Positions 61,368 to 64,000 of a DNA stretch of 64,000 nucleotides are shown here, piece by piece. Numbering within the stretch: position 1 is the first letter of the stretch; the number at the start of each line of letters is the position of its first letter. The notes under the pieces were generated by a model. It made no database searches and was not told where the DNA came from. It saw only the letters and a program-made list of their open reading frames with translations. Location: positions 3,514-67,513 of the forward strand of contig CDMY01000487.1 in NCBI GenBank assembly GCA_001179505.1, in the 5' to 3' direction. This DNA is from Vitrella brassicaformis CCMP3155. Its lineage: Eukaryota > Protista > Chromerida. The position numbers were made by a program, and so were the translations under genes.

Positions 61368-64000
61368 TCACTGCCATCTAATCCTGCTCGTAACTCGCTC
61401 ACTCAGGTACTTATGCGCTTTACGCCTGAGTCCCTTCATGAGTATATCAGCTATGTTCTCACTGCTACGTACGTATCGTATGTATCGAACAGTGAGGAAA
61501 CCTGACTGAACTAGCTGATGTATGTACTGATAACGCACATCAATGTGTTTCGTTCTGTGACTGACTATCGGATTTTGTGCGCTCAGGATAGCTCCTCTAT
61601 TATCAGCCATAAGATATGCACTCCCAAACCGAACACCAGAAAGAGGTATGCCACGGAAAAATGACGCCAGATACACGAGAGCAGTGGCACACTCACTCAT
61701 CTGTACGTATTCAGCCTTCATTCACGACAGCGTGACTAGTGGCTGGGTCTTTACACTCCAATACACAGGTCCACCACACACAAACACAACATGACCACCA
61801 CTAGACTTGCGACCCACACAATCAGCCCAAGACGAGTCAGAAAAGGCAGTTAGATCAATCCAACCTTCCTTGCCTGGCTCAGCCTTGAACTCGATCCCCT
61901 TGTCTTTTGTCCCACTCAGATAGCGAAGAACCCTCTTTGCTGCCTGCCAATGCCCAAAACCGGGCTCGTGAGCATATCGTGTAAGCTCCTTGACCACATA
62001 AGCGATGTCCGGGCGGCACGTGACCGAGCAGAACATCAATGCACCAACGAGTTGCCGATAGGGGACCTTCTTCATCTTCGTCTTCTCTTCGTCCGTCTTC
62101 GGTGACATCTCAGAGGTCAGTTGGATACCGGACGCACAAGGGAAATCCACTGGGTTCGCATTTGCCATGCTGAATCTCTTGAGCATCTTGTCGATGTACT
62201 GTGGCTGTGTGATTTGCAGGGTCCTTTCTTGGCGATCGCGGATGATCTTGAGGCCGAGAAAGATGTCAACCTCGCTCAGGTCCTTCGTCGCAAACACGCT
62301 CGACAGCTGCTGCTTGAACCAGGTGACCCCCTTTTGTTCGCTGACGATGAGAATGTCGTCGACGAACACCACAAGAAGGATGTTGTTGTCCTTATGCAGG
62401 TACNNNNNNNNNNNNNNNNNNNNNNNNNNNNNNNNNNNNNNNNNNNNNNNNNNNNNNNNNNNNNNNNNNNNNNNNNNNNNNNNNNNNNNNNNNNNNNNNN
62501 NNNNNNNNNNNNNNNNNNNNNNNNNNNNNNNNNNNNNNNNNNNNNNNNNNNNNNNNNNNNNNNNNNNNNNNNNNNNNNNNNNNNNNNNNNNNNNNNNNNN
62601 NNNNNNNNNNNNNNNNNNNNNNNNNNNNNNNNNNNNNNNNNNNNNNNNNNNNNNNNNNNNNNNNNNNNNNNNNNNNNNNNNNNNNNNNNNNNNNNNNNNN
62701 NNNTCAATGTGTTTCGTTCTGTGACTGACTATCGGATTCTGTGCGCTCAGGATAGCTCCCCTATTATCAGCCATAAGATATGCACTCCCAAACCGAACAC
62801 CAAAAAGAGGTATGCCACGCAAAAATGACGCCAGATATACGAGGGCAGTGGCACATTCACTCATCTGTACGTATTCAGCCTCCGTTGACGAAAGCGTCAC
62901 CAGTGGCTGAGTCTTCGCACTCCAATACACAGGTCCACCACACACAAACACCACATGACCACCACTAGACTTGCGACCCACACAATCAGCCCAAGACGAG
63001 TCAGAGAAGGCAGTCAGATCAATCCGACCTTCCTTGCCTGGCTCAGCCTTGAACTCGATCCCCTTGTCTTTTGTCCCACTCAGATAGCGAAGAACCCTCT
63101 TTGTTGCCTGCCAATGCCCAAAACCGGGCTCATGAGCATATCGTGCAAGCTCCTTGACCACATAGGCGATGTCCGGGAAGCACGTGACCGAGCAGAACAT
63201 CAATGCGCTAACGAGTTGCCGATAGGGAACCTTCTTCATTTTCGTCTTCTCTTCGTCCGTCTTCGGTGACATCTCAGAGGTCAGTTGGATACCGGACGCA
63301 CAAGGGAAATCCACTGGGTTCGCATTCTCCATGCTGAATCTCTTGAGCATCTTGTCGATGTACTGTGGCTGTGTGATCTGCAGGGTCCTTTCTTGACGAT
63401 CGCGGATGATCTTGAGGCCGAGAAAGATGTCAACCCTGCCCAGGTCCTTCGTCGCAAACACGCTCGACAGCTGCTGCTTGAACCACGTGACCCTCTCTTG
63501 TTCGCTGACGATGAGAATATTGTCGACGAACACCACAAGAAGGATGTTGTTGTCCTTATGCAGGTACACACAGGGCTCCTGAGGGTCCCGAACGAACCCT
63601 CTGTCGAGTAGCTGGTTGTGAAGAGTGATGTTCCATGCGCGCGGGGCTTCCTTGAGGCCATACAATGCCTTCCGTAGACGAACAACATGGCCGGGCTTCT
63701 CATATCCAGGTGGGCACCGCATAAAGACAGGCTTGTCCAGCGGGGCGTTAAGAAATGCTGTGTTGATGTTTATCTGATGTATCTCCAGGTTGAGTTGATT
63801 CGCCAGGGCAAACCCTGATCGAACAATGTGGTAGGAGGGCGTAGGGGAAAACACGTCATCCACTTGGTTGCCATCTTGTTCGAATCCTCTTGCGACGATG
63901 CGAGCCTTGCCTTGTACTTGTCAGGCTTGAGGGCAAATACCCATCTGCATGAGATGATCTTGGTCGTTGCGGCGTTCGCCGGCACGTACTCAAACACTCC
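61368..64000 (-). mobile_element. Degenerate Ty1/Copia LTR retrotransposon pol (RT + RNase H), partly duplicated across a gap
   Basis: ISCRWVF, KARL/VARGF (frameshift ~63900), LRKALYGLKEAPRAW, FVDD/FVDN, FSDSSWAD, SSTEAEY, RTKHIDVRY and SENIAD. Premature stop at 61722. Confidence 0.97.
62404..62703. other. Assembly gap (300 N)
   Basis: N run between two copies of the same Copia segment. Confidence 0.99.

Noticed and set aside
63878-63895. GTTCGAATCC resembling a tRNA T-loop
   Set aside because: It lies within Copia RT coding sequence and has no cloverleaf.

Overview
Eukaryotic, intron-rich, gene-dense window. GC-rich exons, (GT)n/(CA)n/(CAGA)n introns, bipartite plastid-targeting leaders and a flagellar radial-spoke gene point to a photosynthetic alveolate such as the chromerid Vitrella (inference). 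I hand-spliced about 20 protein-coding genes, mostly in head-to-head pairs: a DFD-type CAMK-like kinase, an internally duplicated coiled-coil/RING locus, RSP4/6, plastid RlmN, a DUF1279-like plastid protein, RPB11, an FKBP-like protein, a secreted PAN + PI-PLC-X protein, a BAR-PH protein, ATP11, a PAP/fibrillin, exportin-1, a TPR protein, RPL14, an MSP-domain protein, RAD9, a C-type lectin, a membrane protein, a 48-aa repeat ORF and a large LRR/Cys-rich multi-pass receptor. A degenerate Ty1/Copia element ends the window. There are three 300-N gaps and one Illumina adapter contaminant. Best leads: (1) many introns carry complementary repeats at their two ends that could pair; (2) the RING locus is built only from phase-2 introns and has two RING terminal exons; (3) the PAN/PI-PLC architecture; (4) a candidate Copia LTR just upstream of the LRR receptor. 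Exon boundaries and product names come from reading and motif recognition; no searches were run.
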